Assembly (NCBI GenBank): GCA_036172245.1 | Contig: JAYWIR010000036.1 | Span: forward strand, 2,170,001-2,234,000 | Length of the DNA: 64,000 nt | Source: Raillietiella orientalis | Lineage: Eukaryota | Direction: 5' to 3' | Shown here: positions 14,043-27,748 of the stretch, piece after piece | Layout of the letters: the number at the start of each line of letters is the position of its first letter | Numbering within the stretch: position 1 is the first letter of the stretch | Made by a program: the position numbers and the translations under genes | The notes under the pieces: generated by a model | Told to the model about the DNA's origin: nothing | Seen by the model: only the letters and a program-made list of their open reading frames with translations | Databases searched by the model: none

Positions 14043-15599
14043 AAGGAATCGAATTTTGCTCGACTACATTCTAAACTTTTGCAAGTGTTTAAACCTGGAA
14101 AGATTCTGGCGAAAAGTAAAATAAAATAAATAAGTAAGTAAACCAAATGGTCGTATACGCAGGGCACAGATCAACACGCTCACCAAATGAGAGTAAATTT
14201 CTTGATTCCAGAGGCACTCTACGGGAAAATTCATCGTTCACACGTTCGTGCAGACTGATCAGTTCCTTGTCGTATCCACTGATCAAATAGGAAGAAGAAC
14301 AAAAAAAGGAAAGAAAGAAAGAAAGAAAGAAAGAAAAAAAAAAAAGGAAAGTGAAAATAAAAAATATTTGCAGATAAAACAGGGGGAATTATTTTCCGTA
14401 CACATCGGTCAGTGTACGCAGGGTGCTGGAGCACACACGTGCAATTTTTGGCAGAACAGATTCCTGTGAGGAGTGCCTTTCATTAGCATTTGATCTGAAC
14501 GCGGATTGCTAGGAAATTACACGTGCAGAGCATTAAATCTGGGAATTGTATTTGCTTACCTAACTGACCATCTATCCGTCCCCCCCCCCTTTTTTTGGGG
14601 GGGGCCGCTGCTGCTGCTGCTGCTGCTGTTCAAGAATGAACTCTTCAGGCGGAGTGGAAAACAACCGTAATGCCGAGTACAAGAGGAAATGCTATGCCAT
14701 CAGGCGAAGAGTGGCCAAGCTCTGCAGAAACAGAAACACACTCGTTCATGCTGCCAGTGCGACAAACACATGATGGAGGGCAACAATCACAGGATTGCCT
14801 CCCTGAAAAATTCGGAAAAGCAAAATATCCTCCGAGCGGCTGCCACACATACTGGACGCTGCTTTGTGAAAATGCTTGTTGGAATAAAACGAAATCCCGC
14901 CCGTGTATTTCCGCCCGGTGCATTTAACCATTTCACAACCTGCTTGATTTCATGCTGGTGATTCTTTGTATTCTTGTGGAAATCCTTTTTCCTCGCGAAT
15001 AGACAAAGCACAATTAATAATTCCCGGAGTGCCAAGAGTGTGTGATAAGTCCCCCACGAGGTAAAATCGATATTTGTCATATGGACGTTTCTAAATGATG
15101 TAGAAGACATACGTGTTTATCGAAGTTGGAGAGAAAAAAAAAAAAAAAAACGAAACATACAAAGAAAGTCACGGTAACGTTTGATCCTTTATCGTTTTAT
15201 TCAAAGGATCGATAATAGGGGATAAATGGACATGCCGCGACATGGTCTCCCCCTTCCAATTCGTGTTCTCGCTCTGCTTCAGAGCATTCAAGACGCAGCT
15301 AGGTAACTGAATTTTTGCCGAAACGGACCAAAAGTCGAAATCCGACATGGCCGGAATCCGTGGAGAACGAACGAAGCGACCGCGTTACTACGGAAGAGCA
15401 TCCACAGCTGATGGATTTTGTCTTGCAGTCAGCATACAATCCTCTGGCCTGGCTTGATGATTTGCTGTATGTTGCACCGTACGCGTCCAAAGCCTCTGGG
15501 GGTTGTTGCGCGGGATTCGGCACCAAGGTGCGTGAGGGATTTTGTTTCTTTTTCTTTTCCTCCTTCTTGTGTGTGTCGAGGGGGGACACCGCGTGCTTT

Positions 15600-17562
15600 C
15601 GTGGTGCTTCGGCCCATCTGCGGCTCCTCGGAAAGCCACGCCCGCGAACGAAGCGACGCGCTGGAGACGACGGGCAGTGGCGGCGACGGCTGAGAGGGAG
15701 GAGACGGGGGTGGCAGCCCCCGGGGGGGAAACTCGGGCGCTCCGCTGCTCCCTCCTCCGAGCGCCGCTGGGCACGCCTGGAGGCCTGGGGGCGCTCGAGC
15801 GGATCACGTGACGGGGGCACCGGAGTTCGGACAGCCTCGTCCTTCTGCCCAGCCGTCCCGCGGGCGCAGCGCCGAGGCTTTTCGGGTTCCTCTCCGTCGC
15901 GCAACGGCAACGGGAGCCGTCCGGGCCGGCGGAGAGAATCCCGGGACGCGGGAAGGGCGCAGGACGGAGCGCCGCCACCCCCCTCCAGGACCCGCCCGAG
16001 CAAAGGTGGCGCCGCCGGGGCTGCGGCCCACAAGGAGCCCCGATAAACGATCTGCCCCCGAAGGTCGGATGAGGCGATCCTCTCCCCGCCTCAGATCACC
16101 CCCCCTGGGAGAAGCTTCGTTCTCTCTTCCCACCCCCTATCCAGCTTTCAAGGAGATGTGCCCCCTACCCCTGGCTCCAGGTTCTCCCACCTCCCGCCTG
16201 CTGGCTCGGCTCGCGCCTTCCCGCGGAACCAGGGGGCTGCGCGCGGATGGGTGAAAAGGAAGGGGAGGAGGGGAACGCCAGGAGAGAGCGGGAGTAGCGG
16301 AAAGGAGAGGAGAGAGAGAGAAAAAAAAAACTTGGGAGCGCAGCGGCGGCGGCGGCGGCGGCGGCGGAGACGCTCTCTCTCTCTCTCCCAGGCTGTCGCC
16401 ATATTGGCGGGCGGGCGGGTGAGCCTACAACCTCCTCCTGCCCCCACCTCTTCCCGCCCTCGTCGTCGTCGAAGTCGTCGTTGATCCGGGGCGGCGAAGG
16501 ACGAGCCGGGGGCAACCGGCGGGACCCTTTTCTTCGCTCCCTCCCCTCCTTGGTATCGATCGGGGGCGAGCGGGGGGGAGGGGAGGGAGGGGGAAGGGCG
16601 GGGAGAGCGCGGCGTCCCGGCGGCGATGACGACGACGGCGACGACGAGGGCGACGTGGCCTGGAGCGGCAGCCCTCGAAGCATCCCCCGCGCGCGCTCCC
16701 TTTCCTTTCCCCGCTCCGTTCCCGTTTTTTCTTCTTTCACCCCCCCTTCTCCTCCCCCCCCCCCCTTCCTCCTACCCAGTGAGAAGCGCCGCGCCTGCGC
16801 CGAAACGAGCGGGCTTGGCGCGCGCGTCCCCCCCCCTCCCTTTTTTACCCTCACACCAAGGGGAATGCAGGTTTGTGCGTGGCACGGCTGGACCCATCCC
16901 GGCATGACGTCGGCGGGTGGTGGTCACTTGGTGAGAATGAGAGGCAGGAAGGAGGAGCAGCCCCCCCCTCTATTCACTCCACGCGCCTCCGCCCCTGGGG
17001 AAGCGCCAACAGCGCGTTTCCCAGGGGTACGGGAGTCACTCCCGGAGATCCGGGAGCGCAGCAGCGTGGCCAAGGGAAAGAACAGCTTTAACGCTTCGGT
17101 TCACCCCATTCCCGTTTTCCGGGACTCCTGCTCTGTGTTTCAGGGAGTGGGGAGGGCGTGGTCGGCGAGGCATCTCCACTCCCCACCCCCCACCCCCCCA
17201 CCACCTCACTCCCGCAACCCCTTCATTCCCCCTGTCCCCCTGCCTTCCCGCAGCAGCGCCAGGAATCCGGCGATGGGGGTGGCCCGGTGCGCACGCGTAG
17301 GGGAAGGGCGGATCGCAAGCCGCCGCCGCCGCTGCTGCGCGCGGCGCCCCGCGCGCGAGCGCGCGCGGGGCGCCGCCGTCCTTCGCGACGCGCAGTTCCG
17401 GCGAAGGACGGTTCTAGAAGCGTCCAGGAGACGCGGGACGCGGGCGCGCGCGCGTTCCGCTTCCGCCTCTCTCCCTCCCTCCCTCCCTCCGTCCCTCCCT
17501 CCCTCCCTGCCTGCCTCGCCCGCGCGCCCGCCCGCCCGCCCGCCCGCTTCGCCTCCCCTCCA

Positions 17563-17599
<37 letters not shown>

Positions 17600-19800
17600 A
17601 GGGGAGGGGGGGGGAAGGCGGCGGCGGACCTCGTGCGCGCGCGCGCAGCACCTGCAGCGAGGCGCGCACGGCGCTCTGGCGGCGAGGCGTTGCGGCCCGG
17701 CGCGCGAAGGGGGGGGAGGGGAGGGGAGGGGGGGAGCGGCGGCGGCGTTTCCCCCGCGGCTCCGCGCGCCGGGCCGTCGCCATGGTCACGAGGCCGGCTC
17801 TCTCCCGATCGGGGAGCAACCCGGCGGCCGCGGGGTTTTCCCGCGAGGCGAGCCGGACGCGCGCGCCCGCGCGCGTGGCTTCGTCCGGAGACAAAGAGGA
17901 GCAGCAGCGGCTGTTCCCCCCCCCCCCCGCCTGGCGCTCTTTCCGGTGGCGCTCGGGCAGCACGGAAGGAAGAGGAGGGGGGGGGGGAAGAAAGCAGGGA
18001 AGCGAGGGAGGGGGAGGGGAGAAAGGGGGAGCCTTCCAGAAGGTTCGCGCGACGGGCGGACGGGAGGACGCCGCCGCCGCCGCGCTTCCTCGGGAGGAGG
18101 AAGACGCTCTCCGGAGGATGACGTCACAGGGGGCGGAATGCCGCGCCGTTCCCGGAGAAGTCCCGTCCTCCTGCGTTGCGAAGCTTGAATCCCGAAGGGC
18201 TCGGGCTCCTCCTTCCCGGGGAGCACGCGTTCAGCCTCTCCCCGTCCGCGGGCTCCCTCCCGTGGCGCAGGGACGTGGCGCGTCCGGGCGCCTCCTCCTC
18301 CGTCTGAGGTCTCCTCCGCCCCTGAGGTCCCTAGGCGGCCGCTGCCCTCCTTGCTTCCACTCCCGCCTATGTCGTGCCTGCTGCTGTCCCTCTTCCGCGT
18401 CCCGCCCGCGCCGGACCGCAGCCCTGAACCACTCGACCACGCCGCGTGCCTCGGCATCGCGCCACACCGCGGGTGCGTCCCCAACAGCTCACTCCGAGCA
18501 CGTCCGGCCCGCGCCCCTGCGCTCGTGTGTCTCCCGTCCACACCTCAATCAAAATCGCCAGCCACAGCTCGCCCCGCCTTTCCCGTTCCGACCGCAGTGC
18601 GGCCCGCCCGGGCAAGTTCGTGCTTTCCTGGACTTCGGAGGTGCGCGAGCATTCGGTGACACCGCTCGAGGGGCAGCACTGGCGACCCGTTCCTCCTCCT
18701 GCAGAGTGACCTGGGAGGGCAGCGAGTTGCCTCGCCCGGGCTGTCTCCCTCCCTCCCAAGCGGATCGTCTTCCTCCCTGCCCTTCTTCCGCGGGGGACGG
18801 ACCTTGGCGCCGGTCCGGCCACTTCCGCAGTGTTCATCTCTCACTCTGGGCGAGGGAGGGGGAGGGAAGGCTGCCCTGCGCGAGACGCGGGTAGGAGAGA
18901 TCAAATGCTGCAGCCTGCGTGGAAGGCGGCGGAGCGGGAGCGTAGGCCGATCCTTGCTCCTTTCGCGGCTGCGAGGAAGCTGGAGCCTCAACTTCCGGAT
19001 GCTGAAAGGGGAGCGTCTGGGGAGCTGCCCCTGCTTGGGCCCCGTTAGCCCACCAAACGACCGCGCCGATGCCCTTCCGCCCGGGGTCGTCGCCTTTCGT
19101 CGGCCGGCCGATGAGCCGGAGCCGCGGATGGGAAGCTCCGCTCCGACGAGAGATGCCCGGCCGGACACCAAAAGCTGGGACACCTCGCCACGCGGGGGCG
19201 CGCGCGCGAGTCAGTGAGGAGGGGGGAAGGAAAGGGGGGGGGGAAGGAAAAAACAAGAACCCGCGTGCGGTCGCGTGACGTCACCTTCGCAAGTTGGACG
19301 CGTCCACGGCCGGAAGTGGGGACGGGGGAGGTAGGGAGGGGAAGCTTGGCGCAGCGCCGCGAGGCGTCGCGACCTGACGAAAGCTCGAGCCCCGGATTCT
19401 AGGCGGCGGCCTCGGTCGCCGGGCAGGCAGCCCTCGTCTCCTTGGAACGGATTCTGGAACGATTCGCCCGGGGGGATCCTCCAGGGCGCCTGAAGGAAGT
19501 CGACGCGCGGAGGCGGACCCGCGCCAGCGCGTTAATGCGGCGGCGGTGCAGCGGCCGGTGACACGAGCGAGCGAGCTGAGAGGCTCGCTCGCTCGCGGCC
19601 GCTCGGGACCGGGCGCCCCGGCCCGCGGATCCCGCCGGTTTTGCATTCAGGAGCCTCTCCGCGAGCGGGCGAGAGACCAAGCAGCTTCCCGAAAAGAAAA
19701 GAAAGGAGCAATCGAAAGGCAAAAAAACAAAAAAAAAACGCCCTTCCTGGATCCCTTCGCATTCCCGGCAGTTCTTCCGCGTCCCCTGGGCAACCCCCGC
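15600..19800. promoter_or_regulatory. Very GC/CpG-rich island with promoter-like motifs (target gene not identified)
   Basis: (GGC)n, (CCCT)n and (CCCG)n tracts. CGCCATATT (~16387) is followed by a plus-strand donor-like GG|GTGAGC. Full CREs TGACGTCA at 18119 and 19276, the latter ~30 nt from an ETS-type CCGGAAGTG. Confidence 0.45.
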
Positions 19801-22800
19801 CTCTCCACTGCGACCACAAGTGTTTTTAAACTACAGCTTCCGCTCGAAAGGTTATTTATTCGTATTCACATCCAATTGGTTGTTTATTTATTCGCGTCTG
19901 ATTTTCTCTCCGGTTGAGCAGTTCGAATTTCGCTGCGGAGTTCAGTCGAAATTTGACGTCTCGATGACCGAAATCATCGCGCGCAGCCTCGTTGTAAGTA
20001 ATCCGTGCTCAGGGGGGGAAAAAGTTGTTGGGAGACGGACTCCTCCTCTCCTCTGCCCTTCCCCCCCCCCCCTTCCCCGTCCTCTTCGCAGGCAGAGGCC
20101 CGATCGGAGGCTAACCCTCCCGCCCTCTCTCGCCCAATCCTTCCGTCGTGACGGCAAAAAAATAATAATAATAACATTTGGTTTCTCAGAGTATCGGAGT
20201 GCATCATTTCGGGGGGCAATCACGTGCGTCCCTTGCTGGCATTGCATTCTGGGATCAAACGGCTCCTTTCGCAGCGATGACCCCCCATGCGAATCCGTGA
20301 GGTGGATGGTTATCCGCTGGCGCCGCCGACCGCACAGTCCCTTCTGCAGCCCGGAGTTCGTGTGAGTGCCAACGAACCTCGCCGCAAAGATTCGAATTTT
20401 CAAATTGTTTGAGGTCTTCTGTTTTTCTTTCTCATTTGTTGTTGTTTTGTTTTTCGTTACTGTACATTGCAAACGCAGTGAGCGATTTCCATTGATGCTT
20501 TCCAACCGGGGGGGGGGAGGGGGGAATAAAAGAAAAAGTCTTTGGTACCCTCCGGAATCGACCCTGGCCGTCCCCTCTTTCGAGCTCTGCTTTTCCGGAG
20601 TCCAGTAATGAGTTTTCACAACCTCTCAGCAAGAAAGGAAAAGAAAAAAACACACACACACACACATACATTTGTATTGTTTTCTTCCAATAAAATCGGC
20701 GCCTCTAATTCGGTGTTTTTCACAGTGAATCGAACGGTTCGTATGACAACGGCACATCTCATCGGAAAGGATGTGATTTGAACGCGCGCATGCGCACCTG
20801 CCGGCTGCTGCCGGATACAAAATTCATGCCTCCCCGTGTTCGGGGTTCGCCTCGTTCAGGAAGGGGGGGGGGGGTTGTGGTACTTCCTGAATCGAGGCTT
20901 AATTACCGTTCCACCCGTGTTTCGGGATTCGTTAACTTTGCTTGTTCCGATCTGCAGGTTGTTCCGTCTCCTGGTTCTCAGTGGCGCACGGATTCGTCTG
21001 GAGTTCGGGGGCCCAACAGGGGACGTTCGTCCGTACGCGCAACCGGGTGTGGCGAGCCGGCTTGGGGGGCCTCTCGGTGAAGGAACGACCGAGGAGGGCA
21101 CGGGCCTCGCAGGAGGCCGCCACCTCCTCTCCTTTCATGCGAACGCGGCTGCCGTGGTGCGCCCCGATTCGGGAGCAGTTCCGTTCGCCCTTTGGAAAGG
21201 GGAGGAGGGGGAGGGGAGGCGAAACACGTGCAGCGGCTTGCGAAGCCACGGCGAAACTTCTCATCCCCGCCCGCCCCCGCGTCCCTTCCGGAAACTGTGC
21301 TGTCCCTTGTAGTCCGAGCTTGTCCGTCCGGGGAGGAGGAGGCGAGTTGGCGCCGGTCGCCCCCCAGCTGATCCACGGGGGGAAAACGAAAGTTTGCTGC
21401 GCGATCGGTCTCGGATTGCGGCGCTCGGTTCAGAACGGCGGTGCCGCGACTGCTCATTGGTCACGGAGCGCGTCGGAAGTGCCGAGCTGCACGGCTGGCG
21501 TGGGCTCCTGGCGTGCCGGCATGGGTGCACGGCGCGCGCAGCGTGCCCGCCGCTCTCGCGTGCAGCGGCAGCCGGGCGGCCCTGCATTCCTCCGCCTCCT
21601 CCTCCGTCCGGGCGATCGCGAGAATCTCGTGGGGAGCGGCCCGTGGTGCGCCACTGCCCCTCGCCGCCGCGCGTCTGGTGGCGGCGGTGGTGGTGGTAGA
21701 AAGGGGGGAAGAGGCGAGCAGCCCCCCGACGGCCGCCTAAGCGAATTCCTGCGTGCTCGACACGCGGGCACGCGCTCGATGCCCGCGTGCGCGCCGAGTC
21801 GCGAGGCGGGAAACTGGGCTGCCTGTTTAGGGACTGGAAAAGGGAAGCGGAGGTACCCTCCCTCGAATCAGGTTTTACAGCTTGTCTTGGCACGGGGCGC
21901 CGTCTGTATTGGGGGGAGCCAAGCTTGCGCGCTTCTTCCTCCTCACTTTCCGCTACCGGCGCGAAGCCCCCGCGCGAACGAACGATCGCAGGGAAGGAAT
22001 AGGAAACCGTCGAGGGAATTTGTGACCGGCCGGATCGATCGCGCGCGTGGCAGCTGGAAGCCAGAGGGGAGGGAGGGGGGGGGGAGGAAGGAACGAGGAG
22101 GAGGAGGAGGGGAGGGAGGGGAGATGACCGAGACGAGGCCAGCGGTCAATCAGCGTCTCTCTCGCGCGCCGTCTCCGCCGTCCAGGAAGACCCACGGCGG
22201 TTGCTCTGCGCAGGGAGGGGAGCGCACGCTGACTTTTCCGGAAGAAGGAGGATGGCTGACCTACTCGCTGCAGCGTGAGCTCTCTCTCTCTCGGTTTGCT
22301 GCAGCTCGCCTGCCCCTCTCCGCCGTGGTTCCTTCTGGCTCGATCCACGGACGGTCACCGTCTCCCGCTTTGCGCCCCCCGGGGCCCGCGCCACCGCGCG
22401 TGAGGAGTCGGCGCGCGAAGTTCTCGCGCTGCGCAGGTTGAGCAGAGGGCATGTTGCGCGCGGACATCCGCGCGGCGTGCGTTTTGGTGTGCTCCTGCTG
22501 CGTCTTTGCACGTATCCAGCTTTCGCGAGGATATCCCCCGTCGCTCCCGGGGCCATTCCTACCCAGCTCGAAATCCACCCCGCGTGGTCTCGAGCGTTCG
22601 AGGAAACCCCGTCCTCCGGGAAGATCGGCGTCTCCAAGACACCCTAGCGATCTTCCCCCAGCCCACGCATCCACCTCCCTCGCTCTCTTCCTACTCTTCC
22701 ACTTTCCCTACGATTTCGCCGCCTGCAGATTTTGGTCGCGCGTGTTCTGGAAAGCGAGTGGTCCGCAGGGATGACCGCGCCTTGACACGCTTTGGGGTGA

Positions 22801-25800
22801 AGCTTCCTTGCTTCCCTTCCCTGCCCTTTGCCACTCCTGATGAGGATAATCCCGTCGACGTCCTCCGTGTCTTGTCTCCGCGTCCCCAGCTCCTTGGCTG
22901 AAGTTCCAGGTCCTTCTCTCCTGACGCGGCTGGCTGTCTTCTTTCCCAGCAGGTTCTGACCATCGCAAGTTCGGTGATGATGGCCTGTGAAGTCCGAGGT
23001 CTCCCCCCTCCCCCCCCCCCTCCTTTTCGGTGAATTCGCGCAGTAAATTGCATGCGGACGCTGTGCGATCCCGTTCTTTTCTTCGGGGTTTTCCGGGACG
23101 AAGTTTCTCGCGGGCAGAGGGGAAAGGAAGAAGAGGGGGAGGGAAACGGGTTGATATTCCCCTCCTCACAGTCGCATCATTACCTCCCTCAGGGGTGGGT
23201 GGGGAAGGGGAGAAGGGCGCTCGAGGCGCGAGCCGTCTCAGGTTGGACGTCGTAGCAGAGAAAAAGAACATCCCCCCCCTTCCAAGCCACTCTCCCTATG
23301 GGAGGGTGGCTCTCTGGAAACCACTGGGTAGCCAAGTTTCCCGGAACGTCCTTTTCGGAGAAATGCCCCAAGCCCCAAGACCCCACCGATACCCACCCCT
23401 TCCCCTCTTCCATCTGCGCGCTATCCTTCGCCAAATCCGAACAGGTTTCCTCGCGTTCCGGTCTTCCTTCCTCGTTCCTTCTCCCGAAGGAGTTTCACGC
23501 CAGCAGGAGTTCCGGCAGTGGATTCGTGGAGCTCTGTTCCGGCAGGGCGGACGCCTCCGAGGAGATATCCGCTTCGTTCCTCCCAAGCATCCCCTCACCC
23601 GCCGCATGCCATCACCACGGGTCTTTCGCGCACGGAGCTTCTCCTGCCCGCCCCGAGCAAACTCGGGCGGGGGCTCCATCCGCCCCGTGCTGAAGGGAGG
23701 GAGGGCGTTGGGGCTGCGGAGGGCGCGCGGCTCACGGCGCAGCTTCCGCGCACGCAGGTTGGACGCACGCACGCAACGACTTGCGTTTCCCGACTTGCGG
23801 CACGGCCCATTCATTGTTACGCCGACCTGGCACCAAGACACCTCAACAGCAAGAAACTGCCACAGCTGTGACCTGCGAACGGTGCTCTTGAACGTTTTGC
23901 GGCATCCTTCGTACTCCTTCGCTCCTCTGGGCATGCGTCGGGGGTTCGGGGGCAGGGGAAACCCTTCAACGGCACTGTGGTTCTGGGACTGCCGTGCTTC
24001 TTTACTCCCCCTTGCGACTGGCGGAGCGCTGCAGTCGTGCGCTCTGTCCCTGCTGGATCCTCACACCTTGGATGACGATGGTTTCCTGAAGGAACCTCCA
24101 CTCTGTCACCCTCTGGAGTCCGATTTCCCGCTTGGAAACTCTTCGGGAGTCAGCTTCACCGCTACGTGCTGTCAGTGGCGACAGCAGCCGACCTCCCTGG
24201 AAGTGACCGAGTTCAGGCGCTCGCTTCGTTCTAACTGAAGGAAAAGTCGAAGGGATGTGGCCAGCCGTAGGGCTGGAGGAGGAAGGGGAGGGGGAGGGGA
24301 AGCGAAACGGGATGTGCCTCTTGGACGTCCTTCTGGCACCCCTTGTTCGCCGTTTCCGGTTCCGACGGCGACGAGCCATTCCTACTTTTCGAGAAAACAA
24401 AGACCTTAGACGTCTCTTCGGCTCAGGGTTCATTCACCTTTCCTCGAAGGTCTGGTTCTCCTGGAAACTGCAGCGCAAACACAGAGCGAAGCAAGTTGCC
24501 TGGAAGCATCCAGCTGGTTTCCTCGAAGGGAGTGGAAGGACAGTGACAGTGGAAGGTGGTGACGGCGATGGTGGAAACCGCCGGGGCGCGCGCAAAGCTG
24601 CCTTTCGACGGTTCCAAGGAAGATTGACCGGAGGAAATTGATGACCTCTCTTCGGAGACCGAGGCCGCCGGGCCACGCGCGTTCTGCAGCGTGGAGGTGT
24701 GTGCGCACCCGGATGAGTTCGGGAGAACAAAAGGGAGTTCCGGATCCTACTCGCTTCCCGACTCCATTCATCCGTAATGTCGAACGTCAGATCCAGCTGC
24801 CATCGTCAATGCTTTCCGGGTTCCCTTCGGCAGCGTGCAAGCGCAGGCGCAGAAAGCAGGGCAAGCGGTGCTCCGGGCCAACCTGCTGTTCTCCGGCTTC
24901 CTCGGGTCTCTTGGCTTTCCGAGCTCCGTGGGGGAGGCAACGAGAACCTGGGGGCAAAGGCAACCTGGGGGCTCGCTCGCTTGGTTCGCCCCCGGCGAAG
25001 CAAGCGAGCAGTCCCACGGGAAACACCGCGGAAGGATAGGAGAAACACCTCCGCCCTGCCCCCTTCCTCCCCGCGGTGCGGTCGGCCTCCGCGAGGATGC
25101 GGTCTCTGCCCCCTCTTCGGGCTGGCCAGATGCTGAGCACGGATTTTCCTCGGCTGCCCAACCGTCTGAGGGCGTCGCGAAATCTCCGAAGCACGCAAGT
25201 GCCATCTCGCGTTTCCCGGCGCCGTTGCTGAACGCGGAACCGATAGCCTTCCCGGCTGCACTCCTTCCTCCCACCTCTCTGCGCGGGGCTCCCTCCCGAC
25301 TCGTTGCAACGTGCCCTCGAGCTGCCTTCCCCCCAGTACTTGCGAACACACCGGGGCCCAACGCCAGAGGACGCGACGGCGGGCTTGCCACGTATTCCGT
25401 CAGGTCAAACACAGAGCGCCGAAGAAAATGGGCGTCGCCCGCACCCAGTGCCCCGATTCGAAAGCGGTCACGCGATGCCGTGCGTGAAAGGGGCGATGGG
25501 CAGGTAGCTTTTCCCGTGCTCGCTCGCGAGAACACCGGGCCGGGCAGGAATCGGTACGAAGAGGAAAAAGCGTGGTCGCCGGGGAGGCGTTCGAAGGTGA
25601 ACCGCTTCGAGTTTTGCGAATCCGTGAGCGTTTCCGCCATGGCGTTCGGAATGAATTGCGCCGAAAGGAGTCTGCGGGCCGAACGCGAGCTTATCCTTTG
25701 GGGCCGGCTGGGGAGGCAGCAGACCGAATTCTGGGGCCCCAAGGCGTCGAAAGGAGGCTGCGGAGGAAAGAAGAAACTGCCGAGCTGCATTGCCGTCGGT

Positions 25801-27304
25801 CCGAGGGAGGCAAACGCGGTTCGTCCCCCCCCCCTTTTTTTTTTTTGTTTCTCCGTTGTCTCGGCAACGCGTCAGGATGGCGGCGGACTCATTGTTGCGC
25901 CGAAGTGGCTTCCTCCGCGTAGCCAGGGAAAAGTGCCGGAAGCAGAATGTTGCAAGTGGTGCGAGCCGGAGCCAGTGTACGCTGGAGCAGCGTACGGGCA
26001 AAAAAAAGTGCACGCGGCCAAGTGTACGAGTACTGTCCGTCACAGCTGGCGTACACTCTGTACTTGCGTACGATTTCCCGCGATGCGGCTCAGCAGATGA
26101 TAACCTGCGGAAGGCTTCCCGTGTGCGTGTTGTTGCATGAGTATGCTAAAGTGCAGAAGAAGAGAAGATGGCATCTTGAAAGTCAAAGGTGTCTTCGTAC
26201 GTTTCGTCCTGATACAGTGGAAATCCGGTGGACTTCCGGCATTCTCTCCTCATGCGCTGTTCCCTTCTGATGCTCTGACGTCTGCTTCGTAGTGCTGATT
26301 GGGAGCTTCCTTCGTAGTCAGGCAGATTAAGAGAAACGAAGCAGCAGACTTGTTTGGTTTTCCGAGCCTCGATCCTTCCACTCCCCCGTGTCTTTTTCCA
26401 CGGCTGGAACCCTTCCCCTCTCCTCCCTCCCCGTCCTTTGAAGGGGTCGTCCCCAACCGGTTCCTCGCGTTCAGGCGAAACACATGTCTTTCCTCTCGGG
26501 GAGCCTCCTGATTTTCCACAGTCCACGGAGCTCTTCCACCCCCTTCCACCTCTGACCCCTTCCTCCATCATTTCACGGAGGATCGCTCGCTCAGGATAGG
26601 GCTAGCATCCGCGGATGCAGGGCATCCGTCCGACCCTCGAGGCACGTACGGTAAGCCCCCCCCCCCCACTCGCTCCCAGCCGGGAGCGTGGACGAGTGGC
26701 GCGCCTGCTCCGTCCACGCGAGCTGTTTTCATTCACGAGCGGAAGCAAATCGATTACCGCAGCAGCAGCTCGCGTGCACGTTTTTTGGCGCCGCCGCGCT
26801 TCTTGGGCAGTGCGCGCCACCTCTCCGCTTCGCGCCAGCGCCGTCCCAACGGCAGTCAAAGGGTTATTTTTGCGCAGAACTCGCTCCATTCTTTACCCGT
26901 GACCTGTTTGCATTCCGATCTGGATTGGTCATTTATTTTTATGCTGGTTCCAATTGGTCAGTTCGAATCCCGAAAAGGGAATTAGCGGTTAAGGAATGGT
27001 CTGCGTACGTGTCCGTACACGGACACGAGCCGCGCACGCAAAGTTACTCCTCGGTTTTCACCCGCGCGATCCCTCCCGTCTCCTCGCGTGCCACCGAAAT
27101 CCCGCCCGAAGGGAACGAACGGCGGAGACGATCGGGTGGCTCTCTCTGACGGCCGCCGCACGCGCGCGGGTGGACACGCCGGCGCGCGTGGGTGTGTGGG
27201 TATTTGCCCCGACGAAGAGGTGGAGGGGCAGATGGGGGATTCAGGCATGCACGCATGCCGGTGCAGTCAGGAGAGGATGGGGAGAGGGGGGGAGAAAACA
27301 ACAG

Positions 27305-27358
27305 TAATAATAATAATAATAATAATAATAAAAATAATAATAAAAATAATAATAATAA
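27305..27358. repeat. (TAA)n microsatellite
   Basis: Direct reading. Confidence 0.95.
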
Positions 27359-27523
27359 CGTGCGTGCGCGCATTCTGGTGAACCTGCGCGGGGCGTGGTG
27401 GTAGACGTGGCTGGCGAAACTGGCGGTGTCGTGGTGACGCGCGTCGTGCTAGAGTGTGTACGTGCTGCTGCGGTCCCTGAACGGGTTGTTAAGGGGAGGG
27501 GAGAAAGAGGAAGGCGATGCAGG

Positions 27524-27692
27524 GGAGGAGGAGGAGGAGGAGGAGGAGGAGGAGGAGGAGGAGGGAGGCTTCATTGCGCGGGGAAACGTGCTACCAGCTT
27601 CGTGCGGCGGGCTGCTGTTGGCACCTTTCCAACATGGTGCCGCAATGAACGAAGGGGCGGTGGAGGGGGAGGGGAGGAGGAGGGGGAGGAGG

Positions 27693-27746
<54 letters not shown>
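27524..27746. repeat. Compound (GGA)n, (GT)n, (GA)n microsatellites
   Basis: Direct reading. Confidence 0.9.

Positions 27747-27748
<2 letters not shown>

Noticed and set aside
16481..18894. Long overlapping ORFs of 546 and 578 aa
   Set aside because: Arg/Pro/Gly/Ala low-complexity translations of GC-rich microsatellite DNA, open in several frames, with no domain motifs.
22837..22870. CTGATGAG hammerhead core start
   Set aside because: Not followed by stem II plus GAAA.
20942..26100. ORFs of 499, 402, 421 and 340 aa
   Set aside because: No recognisable motifs, overlapping on both strands, and expected from stop-codon scarcity at high GC.
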